Program-made: the position numbers and the translations under genes
Shown: piece after piece, positions 1 through 8,833 of the stretch
Layout: each line of letters begins with the position of its first letter
Numbering within the stretch: the first letter of the stretch is position 1
The notes under the pieces: generated by a model
What the model was told of the DNA's origin: nothing
What the model saw: the letters and a program-made list of their open reading frames with translations, nothing else
The model's database searches: none
Source: Hyalangium minutum
GTDB lineage: Bacteria > Myxococcota > Myxococcia > Myxococcales > Myxococcaceae
Direction: 5' to 3'
Assembly: GCF_000737315.1 (NCBI RefSeq)
Contig: NZ_JMCB01000013.1
Location: 82,001 to 144,000 of the forward strand
Length of the DNA stretch: 62,000 nt

Positions 1-547
1 CGTAGAAGCGCCCGAGCGACACGGCGAAGTGCTCGCCGAACTCCTTCTTCAGGTAGAGCTCCTCGATGAGGACCTCGCCGCCCTTGTCCACCTCTTGCTC
101 GAACTCGCCGAACTCCTCGTACTCGAGCTCCATCGCCGAGCCGGTGCCGCCGTGCTCGAACTCCACCTCCACCTCGGCCTCGATCCCGTACTCGGGCAGG
201 CCGCCCTCCACTTCCAGCACCACCCGCGTCGTGTCGAACGTCAGCCGCGAGTCCTTCTGTGCGCCGCCCTCGCGGTTCTGGTTCAGCCCGTGGTTGTAGT
301 AGGCGAACTGCAGATCCGCGTACCCGCCGACCGCCACCTTCAGCTTCGGGCGCTTCTTCTTGTGCTCGTCCTCCTCGTCCTCGTCCCGGTCCTCGTCCTT
401 GTGGACCTTGGCCTGACGGTACTCCTGGGCCTCGCGGCGCTCCTGGGCTTCCTTCTCTTCCTCCTCGCGCTCCTCGGCGCGGGAGACGAAGGGCGAGAAC
501 AGGGTGACGGCACACAGCAGGGCGGAGAAGAGGATGGAGGGGCGCAT
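1..547 (-). CDS. Outer-membrane porin-like beta-barrel protein (partial, runs off window start)
   Basis: Translated by hand because the ORF track lacks it (no stop inside the window): MRPSILFSALLCAVTLFSPFVSRA signal, an acidic stretch, then VGGYADLQFAYYNHG...EVEFEHGGTGSAMELEYEEFGEFEQEVDKGGEV, a motif of OprO/P-like porins. Confidence 0.75.
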   Translation of the reverse strand, partial: MRPSILFSALLCAVTLFSPFVSRAEEREEEEKEAQERREAQEYRQAKVHKDEDRDEDEEDEHKKKRPKLKVAVGGYADLQFAYYNHGLNQNREGGAQKDSRLTFDTTRVVLEVEGGLPEYGIEAEVEVEFEHGGTGSAMELEYEEFGEFEQEVDKGGEVLIEELYLKKEFGEHFAVSLGRFY

Positions 548-577
548 CGATCGGCGCGCACCCTAGCCAGGAAGAAT

Positions 578-600
578 TTGATTTTGCAAATCGGAATCAA
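578..600. promoter_or_regulatory. AT-rich palindrome TTGATT-N11-AATCAA upstream of the porin; Fur-box-like
   Basis: TTGATTTTGCAAATCGGAATCAA in otherwise GC-rich DNA, 30-50 nt upstream of the porin start. Confidence 0.4.
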
Positions 601-609
601 TTTGAGCGC

Positions 610-636
610 AAAAAGCTCCCCCTGTAGCGGGGGAGC
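610..636 (-). terminator. Intrinsic terminator of the DUF3108 operon
   Basis: GCTCCCCC/GGGGGAGC 8-bp stem with a 6-nt loop, followed by T5 on the minus strand. Confidence 0.8.
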
Positions 637-675
637 AGGGGAGCGAGGCCTACAGCAGGCAGCCGAGCGAGGCGG

Positions 676-1578
676 CTACCACTTGAGCTCTTCCTTGCCC
701 TGGGCGCGCTTCTCCTTTTCACCAGGGCGCGAGTAGGCAGTGAGGGTGGCGCGCACGGCGCCCAGGTCGATGGTGCCCACGGCGACCAGGGGCAGGCGGC
801 GCGCGTCGTCGGAGATCCACACGTGGATCTCGCGCTTCTGGCTGGGCCGATCCAGACGGACTGCGGTGCCGGTGAGGTACCAGGCGTCGAACTGGCCCAC
901 GGGCAGCGAGACGCGCTCGCGCTTCACCACCGTGCCGTTCAGCCGCCACAGCCGGCGGATGCCATACACGTCGAAGCAGAGGGGCAGGCCCTCCTTCATG
1001 GGCAGCTGGCGCATGAGGTAGATGGCGCCCGCCACGTCCAAGCCGTCCTTGTCATAGGTGTAGTTGAAGTGGCCGGCTCGCTGGCCCATGACGAAGTCCA
1101 CCTTCACGGAGCGATCCTTGGCGCCGAAGGCCACGTCCACCTTGCGGCGGACCTCGTTCTCGGTGGCGTCCTCGGTGTAGCGCGAGGGCCGCAGCGTCTT
1201 CGGGTGGAGGTAGCTGGTCCCCACGCCCTGCACCCGGCGCACCTTGGAGAAGAAGGTGTTGGTCTGCGCCTCGATGGACACCGGCAGGGTGCCCTTCTCG
1301 GGGCGCTGGACGCGCATGGTCATCTTTCCGGCCTGGGCACCCAGCGCGTCCAGATCGAACTCGAGCTGCTCGCCAGGCATGAAGGCGATGGGCGTGTACA
1401 GCGCGGGCAGCGCGGCAGGGCACGCGGGCACGGGGGCGGCGGGCTCCGCCGGCGGAGCGGTGTCCTGGCCTACGGGCACCTCCTGGCCCTGAGGCTCGGG
1501 GCCGTCGGGCACCTGAGCGAAGGCGGCGGATGCGGCGAGGGCGAGGCAAGCCACGAGAACGTTGCGCATGGAGGTCAT
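676..1578 (-). CDS. DUF3108 domain secreted protein
   Basis: Signal peptide (MRNVLVACLALAASAAFA), Pro-rich linker, PGEQLEFDLDALGAQAG motif. Start is 1578 or 1569. Confidence 0.75.
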   Translation of the reverse strand: MTSMRNVLVACLALAASAAFAQVPDGPEPQGQEVPVGQDTAPPAEPAAPVPACPAALPALYTPIAFMPGEQLEFDLDALGAQAGKMTMRVQRPEKGTLPVSIEAQTNTFFSKVRRVQGVGTSYLHPKTLRPSRYTEDATENEVRRKVDVAFGAKDRSVKVDFVMGQRAGHFNYTYDKDGLDVAGAIYLMRQLPMKEGLPLCFDVYGIRRLWRLNGTVVKRERVSLPVGQFDAWYLTGTAVRLDRPSQKREIHVWISDDARRLPLVAVGTIDLGAVRATLTAYSRPGEKEKRAQGKEELKW

Positions 1579-1613
1579 CCGTCTTTGGGAGATGGGCGGA
1601 GCAGCGGGTGGTT

Positions 1614-3281
1614 TCAACGTCGGACGCCAGGACGCTTCGCATATTCGGAGGCGTCCCAGCGCTTGCGCAGTTGGGCTGTCAGGTTGTGTCGGACCTGCTC
1701 CCATGTTGCGACATTCTGTTCAATTTCATAGCCCGAGCGGGCGAGCCGCCGAGCGAAGGCCCGAGCGGGCTCCGCGTCCCCAAGCCGGGCGAGCAGGTGC
1801 AGGTACTCATAGTCTTCGAGCCCATCGCGGATGTGCTTGAGGCGCAAGGACACCACGGGTTGTGGCTCCTTTGTCCCGAGGCGCTCCGGCGTGCCGGGAT
1901 AGAAGAGGGTGCCGTCGCCGTTGCCGCCGAACTCGAAGACGCCCTGCCATGGATCCTGCGTGTTGTAGGCGTAGACGGTGTCGAAATAGAGCTCGCCGTC
2001 CACACCGGTGAGGAAGGCCAGCGGCCCCATGCTGCGGTTGAGCGGGGCAGGGTGGTCCACCATATAGGAGGCCCAGCCGGTATAGGCGCGCTCCACCGCC
2101 GGATCCTCGGCGGGGCCGCCGGTGCAGCCATGGGAGTTGCAGCTCTGGTACCACCACACCCGCGTCCCGGAGCGCAGCTTCGAGCGCAGCTTGGAGAGGG
2201 GCACCACGTTCGGGCACGTCTCCAGCTCCCAGCGAGGGAAGAAGCAGTTGAGCGTGGGCGCGAGGATGTCCGCGCTGCTCTGAATGCCATCATGCAGCGC
2301 CGAAGTGACGAGCACCGGGATGTCCTTGCCTGCAGCCTTCACCCGAGAGGCCTGCGTGCGCACCAAGGCCATCTCCTCCGGCTTCGGCTCGTCTTTGGCG
2401 TAGAAGAAGAGCTGCGCGGACCAGCCCTTGCTGCGGAAATGCTCGGCGAAGGCGCGGTAGTACGCCACCTTCTCCTGCTCGGTCTTGCACTGCGAAGAGT
2501 CGCGCACGTCGGCGGTGGTGAAGCGGGCCCCCGAGGGCAGCGCGGTTCCTTCGAAGAACGGCGCCATCTCCTCGTCATACGCGCTGAAGTCCACCACCGC
2601 GCGGCCGTCCTCGAAGCGCACCGGCGGCGCGTTCATGCTCATGCCGTACGCGCTCAGGCGGTGCTGCAGCAGGGCCTTCCCGTAGGCGCGCAGCAGCGTC
2701 ATCGCCTCGGGAGACTCCGGAGCGAGCTTGTGCCCCCGGGCGATGCTGTAGAGCGAGATGCCAAAGCTCGTGGGCAGCGAGGACGTGGCGGGCAGCGCGA
2801 AGGGCTGGACCTCCACCGTGAAGGGCACTGGCGCCACCGCGCCATCGTCCGCCTTCACGCTCAGCTCACCCCGGTAGGTGCCCGGCTTCTGCTCCGTGGG
2901 CGCGCACACCTCCACGTAGAGCACAGCGGGCAGCTTGGGGTCTCCGGGCACGTTCACGGGCAGCAGTGGATCCGGCCAGAACCCCTTCGCTCCCATGCTG
3001 TTGGAGGGCGTCTTCACCTCGATGAAGCCCTCGCGCCACAGCGAGGCGGAGAGCGCGGAGCCCGGCCCCTTGAGCGTGAGCGGCTTCGCCGTCACCTGGC
3101 GGACGTTGCCGGGGAGGACCACCTGCGTGCCCTCGCACTCGCCTCGGGCCAGGCTCAGCTGGGCCTCGGTGGAGCCCTTGAGCGTGACGCCCGGCCGCAC
3201 CTTCACCAGCGGAGACACCACCTTCGGCCCCGGAGATGCCGCCAGGGCCGCCATCACCACCCACGCCCATCCCGCTCCCAT
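1614..3281 (-). CDS. DUF4091 / GH123-like glycoside hydrolase, secreted
   Basis: Signal-like N-terminus, adjacent acidic pair in KDEP, C-terminal GNGDGTLFYPG...SLRLKHIRDGLEDYEY typical of DUF4091. Confidence 0.75.
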   Translation of the reverse strand: MGAGWAWVVMAALAASPGPKVVSPLVKVRPGVTLKGSTEAQLSLARGECEGTQVVLPGNVRQVTAKPLTLKGPGSALSASLWREGFIEVKTPSNSMGAKGFWPDPLLPVNVPGDPKLPAVLYVEVCAPTEQKPGTYRGELSVKADDGAVAPVPFTVEVQPFALPATSSLPTSFGISLYSIARGHKLAPESPEAMTLLRAYGKALLQHRLSAYGMSMNAPPVRFEDGRAVVDFSAYDEEMAPFFEGTALPSGARFTTADVRDSSQCKTEQEKVAYYRAFAEHFRSKGWSAQLFFYAKDEPKPEEMALVRTQASRVKAAGKDIPVLVTSALHDGIQSSADILAPTLNCFFPRWELETCPNVVPLSKLRSKLRSGTRVWWYQSCNSHGCTGGPAEDPAVERAYTGWASYMVDHPAPLNRSMGPLAFLTGVDGELYFDTVYAYNTQDPWQGVFEFGGNGDGTLFYPGTPERLGTKEPQPVVSLRLKHIRDGLEDYEYLHLLARLGDAEPARAFARRLARSGYEIEQNVATWEQVRHNLTAQLRKRWDASEYAKRPGVRR

Positions 3282-3311
3282 ATCTCCACCTTCCGCGGCC
3301 AGGCCGCCCGT

Positions 3312-4094
3312 CTAGTCGTTCATCGCCATCATGCGGCCCTGCTTGTACTCGGCGAGGTCCGCCACAATGGTTCCCAGCACGAAGTCCGCCTCGATGCGCA
3401 CGGGCAGGTGGCTGCGGTCCGTCGTCAGGTAGGCCACGATGTCGCGTTTGGCCTGCAGTCCACCGGCGAACTCCGTCTGGAGCTTCAGGCGGAAGACCTC
3501 CCGCTCGCCCAGCGCCGTCTTCAGCATCTGCCGGCCTTCCACCTTGGCCTTCAGCATGAAGTGCTTCGAGCCCGTGAACACCGGATAGATGTACTCCTGG
3601 CCGTCCTGGATACCCCGGCTGCGCAGTGCGAACGTCGCGCCTGCGAGATCCATGGCACCCTCGGGCAGCTCGTGGGTGGCCTCCACGGGGGCGGCGCCCT
3701 CCTTCTGCCGGACGACGTGCGCGGTGCGCGTGTCCTTCATCTGGATGCGCTGGCGGCGGCGCTTGTTGTTCTCGTCCACGAAGAAGTCACTGCCCACCGA
3801 GCGCTGCCCCTCCTCGTGCCAGTACGAGACGAACTTATCCTTGATGGGCCACACGCCGACGACCGGGTCCGTCTTGGCCAGCGACACGATGGGCCACACC
3901 TGTTGGCCCCACTGCTTCATGGGCGCACCCACGGTGATCTGCGCCGTGCCCGCCGTCACCCCCAGGTACTGCACGCGATAGAGCGCCTGCTCTCCGGGCG
4001 CGAACGCCGGAGTCTCTGCCTGCGCCAGGGCGACACTGGAAAACATCATCCCGGACAGCAGGCCCATGAAGGCACCCTTGAACCGCGTCTGCAT
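3312..4094 (-). CDS. DUF3108 domain secreted protein (second paralog)
   Basis: GGAG RBS before ATG 4094, signal peptide, PGEQALYRVQYLGVTAG and PVRIEADF motifs. Confidence 0.78.
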   Translation of the reverse strand: MQTRFKGAFMGLLSGMMFSSVALAQAETPAFAPGEQALYRVQYLGVTAGTAQITVGAPMKQWGQQVWPIVSLAKTDPVVGVWPIKDKFVSYWHEEGQRSVGSDFFVDENNKRRRQRIQMKDTRTAHVVRQKEGAAPVEATHELPEGAMDLAGATFALRSRGIQDGQEYIYPVFTGSKHFMLKAKVEGRQMLKTALGEREVFRLKLQTEFAGGLQAKRDIVAYLTTDRSHLPVRIEADFVLGTIVADLAEYKQGRMMAMND

Positions 4095-4356
4095 ATTGGA
4101 CTCCCAAGGTAGGTAGCCGGACTTCCTGCCGCCAAGGTGCCCCATCCAATCCCTTCCCACTGGCGTGCAATTCCCTGGACGCGCGCACCCCCCCACCATT
4201 CAAAGGCGAGCACTCCCTGGGTAGGCAAGAGTCGCACAGACGCGCCAAGAGTGCCTACCCCCCCATCTACCGAGCGTGGAGCCAAGGGCGCGGCACTGCT
4301 AGCGTGGGCCTCACGGGATGCGGTGCGCCGCAACCCCGCAGAGGAGAGTGGACTCC

Positions 4357-4572
4357 ATGCAGGACTACGGCAGCTTCGACGACGACGACGACAAGAAGGG
4401 CAAGGGCAAGTCGGGCAAGGCCATCAAGGACTGGGACTGTCCCACGTGCGAGGCCAACAACCCGACGGATGAGCCCATCAGCAACAGCTCGGAACTGCGC
4501 TGCAACTACTGCGGCAACGAGTTCACGGTGTCTTTCAGCGACACCGGCAAGATGAAGTTCAAGGAAATATAG
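4357..4572 (+). CDS. Small zinc-ribbon protein (71 aa)
   Basis: GGAG upstream of ATG; two CxxC pairs (WDCPTC...CNYC); strong GC3 codon bias. Confidence 0.75.
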   Translation: MQDYGSFDDDDDKKGKGKSGKAIKDWDCPTCEANNPTDEPISNSSELRCNYCGNEFTVSFSDTGKMKFKEI

Positions 4573-4584
4573 AGCGCTCGGCGC

Positions 4585-5250
4585 TTACGACCGCTCGCCA
4601 AAGATGGCGGTGCCCACGCGCACCAGCGTGGCACCCTCTTCGATGGCGAGCTCGAAGTCGTGCGTCGTCCCCATGGACAGGCCCGCGAGCCCGTGCGCGC
4701 GGGCCAGCTCGCGCAGTTGCCGGAAGTAGCCGCGCGCCTGCTCCAGGTTCTCCGTGGGCGGAGGGAGCGCCATCAGCCCCTCCATTCGCAGGCCGGGCAG
4801 GGCACGCACCGCCTCCAGGAACGGCCCCAGCGCCTCGGGCTGCAGCCCGCTCTTGGTCTGCTCGCCGCCCACGTTCACCTCGGCATAGCAGGCCAAGGGA
4901 GCGTCGGCCCGGCGCTTGGAGAGCTCCTGCGCCACCTCCAGCCTGTCCAGCGCGTGGAAGGCGTGGGCCACCTTGGTCACGTACTTCACCTTGTTCGTCT
5001 GCAGCGGCCCGATGGAGTGCCAGCGCAGGCCCTCCAGGCCCGCCAGCTCTGCGGCCTTGTCCCGCAGCTCCTGCGCGTAGTTCTCCCCGAAGTCGCGCTG
5101 GCCCGCCTCGTACGCCTCGCGGATCAGCGCCGCGGGCTTGAGCTTGGACACCGCCACCAGCGTCACCGACTCCACCGGGCGCCCCGCGCGTGCGCACGCC
5201 GCGGCCACCCGGGTACGAATCTGAGACAGCCGCTCCGCCACTTCGCTCAT
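4585..5250 (-). CDS. yggS: PLP homeostasis protein YggS/PLPBP
   Basis: [51 protein letters not shown]. Confidence 0.95.
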   Translation of the reverse strand: MSEVAERLSQIRTRVAAACARAGRPVESVTLVAVSKLKPAALIREAYEAGQRDFGENYAQELRDKAAELAGLEGLRWHSIGPLQTNKVKYVTKVAHAFHALDRLEVAQELSKRRADAPLACYAEVNVGGEQTKSGLQPEALGPFLEAVRALPGLRMEGLMALPPPTENLEQARGYFRQLRELARAHGLAGLSMGTTHDFELAIEEGATLVRVGTAIFGERS

Positions 5251-5843
5251 GGACCCCTCCAGGGCGTGGGAACGCCCGCGCGCATCAGGAGCTCGAGAGT
5301 TTCCCCCAGCGGTAGGCCGATGACGTTGGTCGGGCTGCCCTCGATGCCGGAGACGAGGAAGCTGCCCTTTCCCTGCATTCCGTAGGCCCCTGCCTTGTCC
5401 AGGGGCTCGCCGGTGTTCGCGTACCAGTCGATCTCCCCGGCGGACAGTGTCCGGAACGTGACGCCGGTGCGCACCACCATCGACTCCTGGGCTCTGCCGG
5501 CCAGTGCTACACCCGTGTAGACGGCGTGGGTGCGGCCAGAGAGTTGGGTGAGCATCTCCCGGGCCTCGGTGGGGCTGGAGGGCTTTCCGAGCAGCTCGGT
5601 GCCCAGGGCCACGGTGGTGTCGGCCGCCAGCACCCAGGTACCTGGGAAGCGCTCGGCCACGGTTCGGGCCTTCTCCCGGGCCAGTCGGAGCACGTAGACG
5701 TCGGCGGCCTCTCCCGGAAGGGGGGTCTCGTCGATGTCCGCGGCTGCGATTGTGAAGCGCAGCCCCAACTGGGAGAGCAGATCCCGCCGCCGGGGCGAGG
5801 CGGAAGCAAGGACGAGGGACGTAGATTCCTCTAGAGTGGGCAT
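5247..5843 (-). CDS. maf: Maf family nucleoside triphosphate pyrophosphatase
   Basis: [26 protein letters not shown]; 4-bp overlap with yggS. Confidence 0.95.
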   Translation of the reverse strand: MPTLEESTSLVLASASPRRRDLLSQLGLRFTIAAADIDETPLPGEAADVYVLRLAREKARTVAERFPGTWVLAADTTVALGTELLGKPSSPTEAREMLTQLSGRTHAVYTGVALAGRAQESMVVRTGVTFRTLSAGEIDWYANTGEPLDKAGAYGMQGKGSFLVSGIEGSPTNVIGLPLGETLELLMRAGVPTPWRGP

Positions 5844-5894
5844 GGTGGAAGGCCTGAAGCCCTTAGCAGAACTGCGCCTCGGAGTGGACTCCCG

Positions 5895-6977
5895 ATGAAC
5901 CCCGCGGATCTCCTGTCAGCCATGAAGCGGACGGTGGAGCAGCTGGCCGCGTTCAACGAGATCGCCAAGGCGCTCACCTCCACGCTCGAGCTGAAGGAGG
6001 TGCTCAACCTCGTGATGCAGAAGGTGAGTGACCTGCTCCAGCCGCGCAACTGGTCGCTCATCCTCCTGGACGAGAACACCGGCAAGCTCTCCTTCGAGGT
6101 GGCCGTCGGCGAGGGAGCCGAGGCCCTCAAGAATCTCCAGATCCTCCCGGGCGAGGGCATCGCCGGCACGGTGTACTCCACGGGCCGGGCGCGCCTGGTG
6201 GATGACGTGGGCGGCGATCCCGCCTTTGCCCCGCGCTTCGATCAGGCCTCCGCCTTCCGCACGCGCTCCATCCTGGCCGTGCCCCTCATCGCCCGCGGGC
6301 GGGTGCTCGGCGTCATCGAGCTGGTGAACGGCCCGAGGGATCCGCCGTTCTCCCAGGACGACCTGACCACGCTCACGGCCATCGCGGACTACGCGGCCAT
6401 TGCCATCGAGAACGCGCGCAACTTCCGCCGGGTGCAGGAGCTGACGATCACCGACGAGCACACCGGCTGCTACAACGCGCGGCACCTGCGCGCGCAGCTG
6501 GATCACGAGGTGCGGCGCTCGCAGCGCTTCCACCACCCGCTGTCGTTGGTGTTCCTGGATCTGGATCACTTCAAGGCCGTCAACGACACCCACGGGCACC
6601 TGGTGGGCAGCGCGCTGCTGAAGGAGGTGGGGGAGTTGCTGATCGCCTCCACGCGCCAGCTGGATCTGGTGTTCCGCTACGGCGGCGACGAGTTCGCGCT
6701 TCTGTTGGTGGAGACGGCTCCCGAGGGCGCGATGACCATCGCCACGCGCATCCGCGATGCGTTCCGCGCCCGTCGCTTCATGCAGTCCCATGGACTGGAG
6801 ATCCGGCTGACGGCGAGCCTGGGGGTGGCCACGTTCCCGGACCATGCGCGCTCCGCCACGGATTTGGTCCGAGCGGCCGACTTCGCCATGTACGCCGCCA
6901 AGGCCCAGGGCCGGAACGAGGTGTGCCTCGCCGAGCGCCTGTCCTCGGATCCCAGCGTGACACCGCCCACACGCTGA
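5895..6977 (+). CDS. GAF-domain diguanylate cyclase
   Basis: GAF (RSILAVPL...GVIELVN), [19 protein letters not shown]-site, RYGGDEF. Confidence 0.92.
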   Translation: MNPADLLSAMKRTVEQLAAFNEIAKALTSTLELKEVLNLVMQKVSDLLQPRNWSLILLDENTGKLSFEVAVGEGAEALKNLQILPGEGIAGTVYSTGRARLVDDVGGDPAFAPRFDQASAFRTRSILAVPLIARGRVLGVIELVNGPRDPPFSQDDLTTLTAIADYAAIAIENARNFRRVQELTITDEHTGCYNARHLRAQLDHEVRRSQRFHHPLSLVFLDLDHFKAVNDTHGHLVGSALLKEVGELLIASTRQLDLVFRYGGDEFALLLVETAPEGAMTIATRIRDAFRARRFMQSHGLEIRLTASLGVATFPDHARSATDLVRAADFAMYAAKAQGRNEVCLAERLSSDPSVTPPTR

Positions 6978-7088
6978 GTGTGGAAATCCCTAAGGCTGTC
7001 CTCTGAAGAACAGAAGCGTCAGCGCGCACCGATACTCTTTCGGGCAGGCTGGGGATTCCCCCTTGTCCGGCACCGAATGCGCGCATCC

Positions 7089-8744
7089 ATGGAACTCAAC
7101 TACGACGTCAAGAAGATCGAGATCAAACGACGGATCGCCGAGTGGGCTCGGCGGCCAGACTCTGACTTCACGCGCTTTCAGATCACGCGTCAGCAGGCGA
7201 TTGATCTCACCTGGGAGACCAGTGGAAGGCTCGTGTTCCCGTGGGATCCGGAATACGACCCGCTGCGCGCGGTAGCATACGTGAACTTCGAGAACGTTCG
7301 CCCGGCGGCCATCGGCGTCTGCGAGACGATGCACGACGTGCGGGCCTTCATGCGCTTCATCCGCGCACAGCGTGAGGTGAATCCGTCCTTCCGCTGGGTG
7401 CCTCGCTCTGGCGGGCACAGCACGGCGGGCTACTGCACCGTCGAGGGCGGGCTCATGCTGGACGTGCGCGGCCTGAATGACGTCTTCGTCCAGCCGCAGC
7501 GCAAGCTCGTGCACGTCGGCCCGGGCGTGCAGATGCGGGACTTCTACCGCGCCACGTATCCGTATGGCCTGTTCGCTCCGGCCGCCATCTGCCCGGATGT
7601 CCGCGTCGGCGGCATGATGCAGGGCGGTGGGTTCGGCTTCGCCTCGCGCATGTTCGGGATGAACTGCGACGCGGTGAGCGAGGTAGAGCTGGTGCTGGCC
7701 GATGGCCGCCCGGTGATTGCCAACGAGCTGAACAACCGCGATCTCTTCTGGGCGGTGCGCGGCGGCACGGGCAACCAGTTCGGCATCCTGACGCGGGTGA
7801 GCTACCGGCTCTCGCAGCTCTCCGAGGTGGGCGCCGTCCTGCTGCAGTTCAACCTGGGCACGGACGCGGAGGCGGCCCAGGGCGCCGCGGCGCTGGATCT
7901 GCTGCAGCGCAAGTTCATGGGCTCCAACCACGACCGCCGCCTGGGCTACCTGTGCGTCATCCAGCACGGTCCCAACTGGGCGGGCCCTTACCTGCTCGTG
8001 CGCGTGATGTACCGCGGCGACACGAGCGTGTGGCGCCAGATGCTGGGCGAGCTCATCGCCATGCCCGGCTGCCAGATTCAATGGGAGGCCCGGGGCTCGT
8101 ACTACTCCATGAACAACAAGCTCATGGGCTACGCGCAGGAGCCGGACACGCTGGGCGATGAGCTCACCACGCTCGCGACGGTGCCTCCGCAGGAGAAGCA
8201 GACGCGCTACTACGAGCGGCCGCTGGGCGTAGCGGCGTGGCGCCAGATGGTGGACCACATCCGCAGCGCGGCGACGACGCTCGCGTTTGCTCCGCAGATG
8301 GTCATCGAGCCCGCGGGCGGCGCCATCAACGAGCGCAGCCGCGGCTTCAACGCGTACATCCACCGGCGCGCCGACTTCAACACGTACCTCAATACCTACT
8401 GGGACACGCCGGCGGAGAAGTCCAAGGCGTTTACCTTCATGGACCGGTGGCTGGAGATTGGCCGCCCGTTCAGCAACGGCGAGGCGTACCAGAACTACCC
8501 GAAGCCCTATTACACGAACTGGGCGCGGCGGTACTGGGCCGAGTACTACCCGGTGCTCTGCCTCATCAAGCGCAAGTACGACCCGACCAACGTCTTCAGC
8601 TTCGAGCAGAGCATCGGCGCGGATGGCCAGCTCGCCAGCAGCTCCATCGGCGATATCTCCGAGCTCGTCCCGGACATCGCCCGCGCCCTGCGCAAGCCCG
8701 TCGTCCTCCCGGAAGAGATGGAGGAGGAGGACAGCGTGGCCTGA
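7089..8744 (+). CDS. FAD-linked oxidase, VAO/berberine-bridge-enzyme family
   Basis: RSGGHS, AICPDVRVGG, FWAVRGG, C-terminal YQNYP...KRKYDPTNVF. Start is 7077 or 7089. Confidence 0.9.
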   Translation: MELNYDVKKIEIKRRIAEWARRPDSDFTRFQITRQQAIDLTWETSGRLVFPWDPEYDPLRAVAYVNFENVRPAAIGVCETMHDVRAFMRFIRAQREVNPSFRWVPRSGGHSTAGYCTVEGGLMLDVRGLNDVFVQPQRKLVHVGPGVQMRDFYRATYPYGLFAPAAICPDVRVGGMMQGGGFGFASRMFGMNCDAVSEVELVLADGRPVIANELNNRDLFWAVRGGTGNQFGILTRVSYRLSQLSEVGAVLLQFNLGTDAEAAQGAAALDLLQRKFMGSNHDRRLGYLCVIQHGPNWAGPYLLVRVMYRGDTSVWRQMLGELIAMPGCQIQWEARGSYYSMNNKLMGYAQEPDTLGDELTTLATVPPQEKQTRYYERPLGVAAWRQMVDHIRSAATTLAFAPQMVIEPAGGAINERSRGFNAYIHRRADFNTYLNTYWDTPAEKSKAFTFMDRWLEIGRPFSNGEAYQNYPKPYYTNWARRYWAEYYPVLCLIKRKYDPTNVFSFEQSIGADGQLASSSIGDISELVPDIARALRKPVVLPEEMEEEDSVA

Positions 8745-8774
8745 GGCCGCTCGAGGCCTGTTGCTTCGGACAAT

Positions 8775-8813
8775 AAAAAAGCCCGGTGGCGGCAGGGCCG
8801 CACCACCGGGCTT
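8775..8813 (-). terminator. Terminator between convergent oxidase and surA genes
   Basis: AAGCCCGGTGG/CCACCGGGCTT stem with an A6 tract on the left (T6 on the minus strand). Confidence 0.75.
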
Positions 8814-8833
8814 CCCGCGCGAGCGGGGAGGAA

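Noticed and set aside
29-736. 235-aa plus-strand ORF
   Set aside because: Antisense shadow of the minus-strand porin gene, which has the signal peptide and family motifs.
7051-7061. GGGGATTCCCC palindrome upstream of the oxidase
   Set aside because: Single short palindrome with no regulator nearby.
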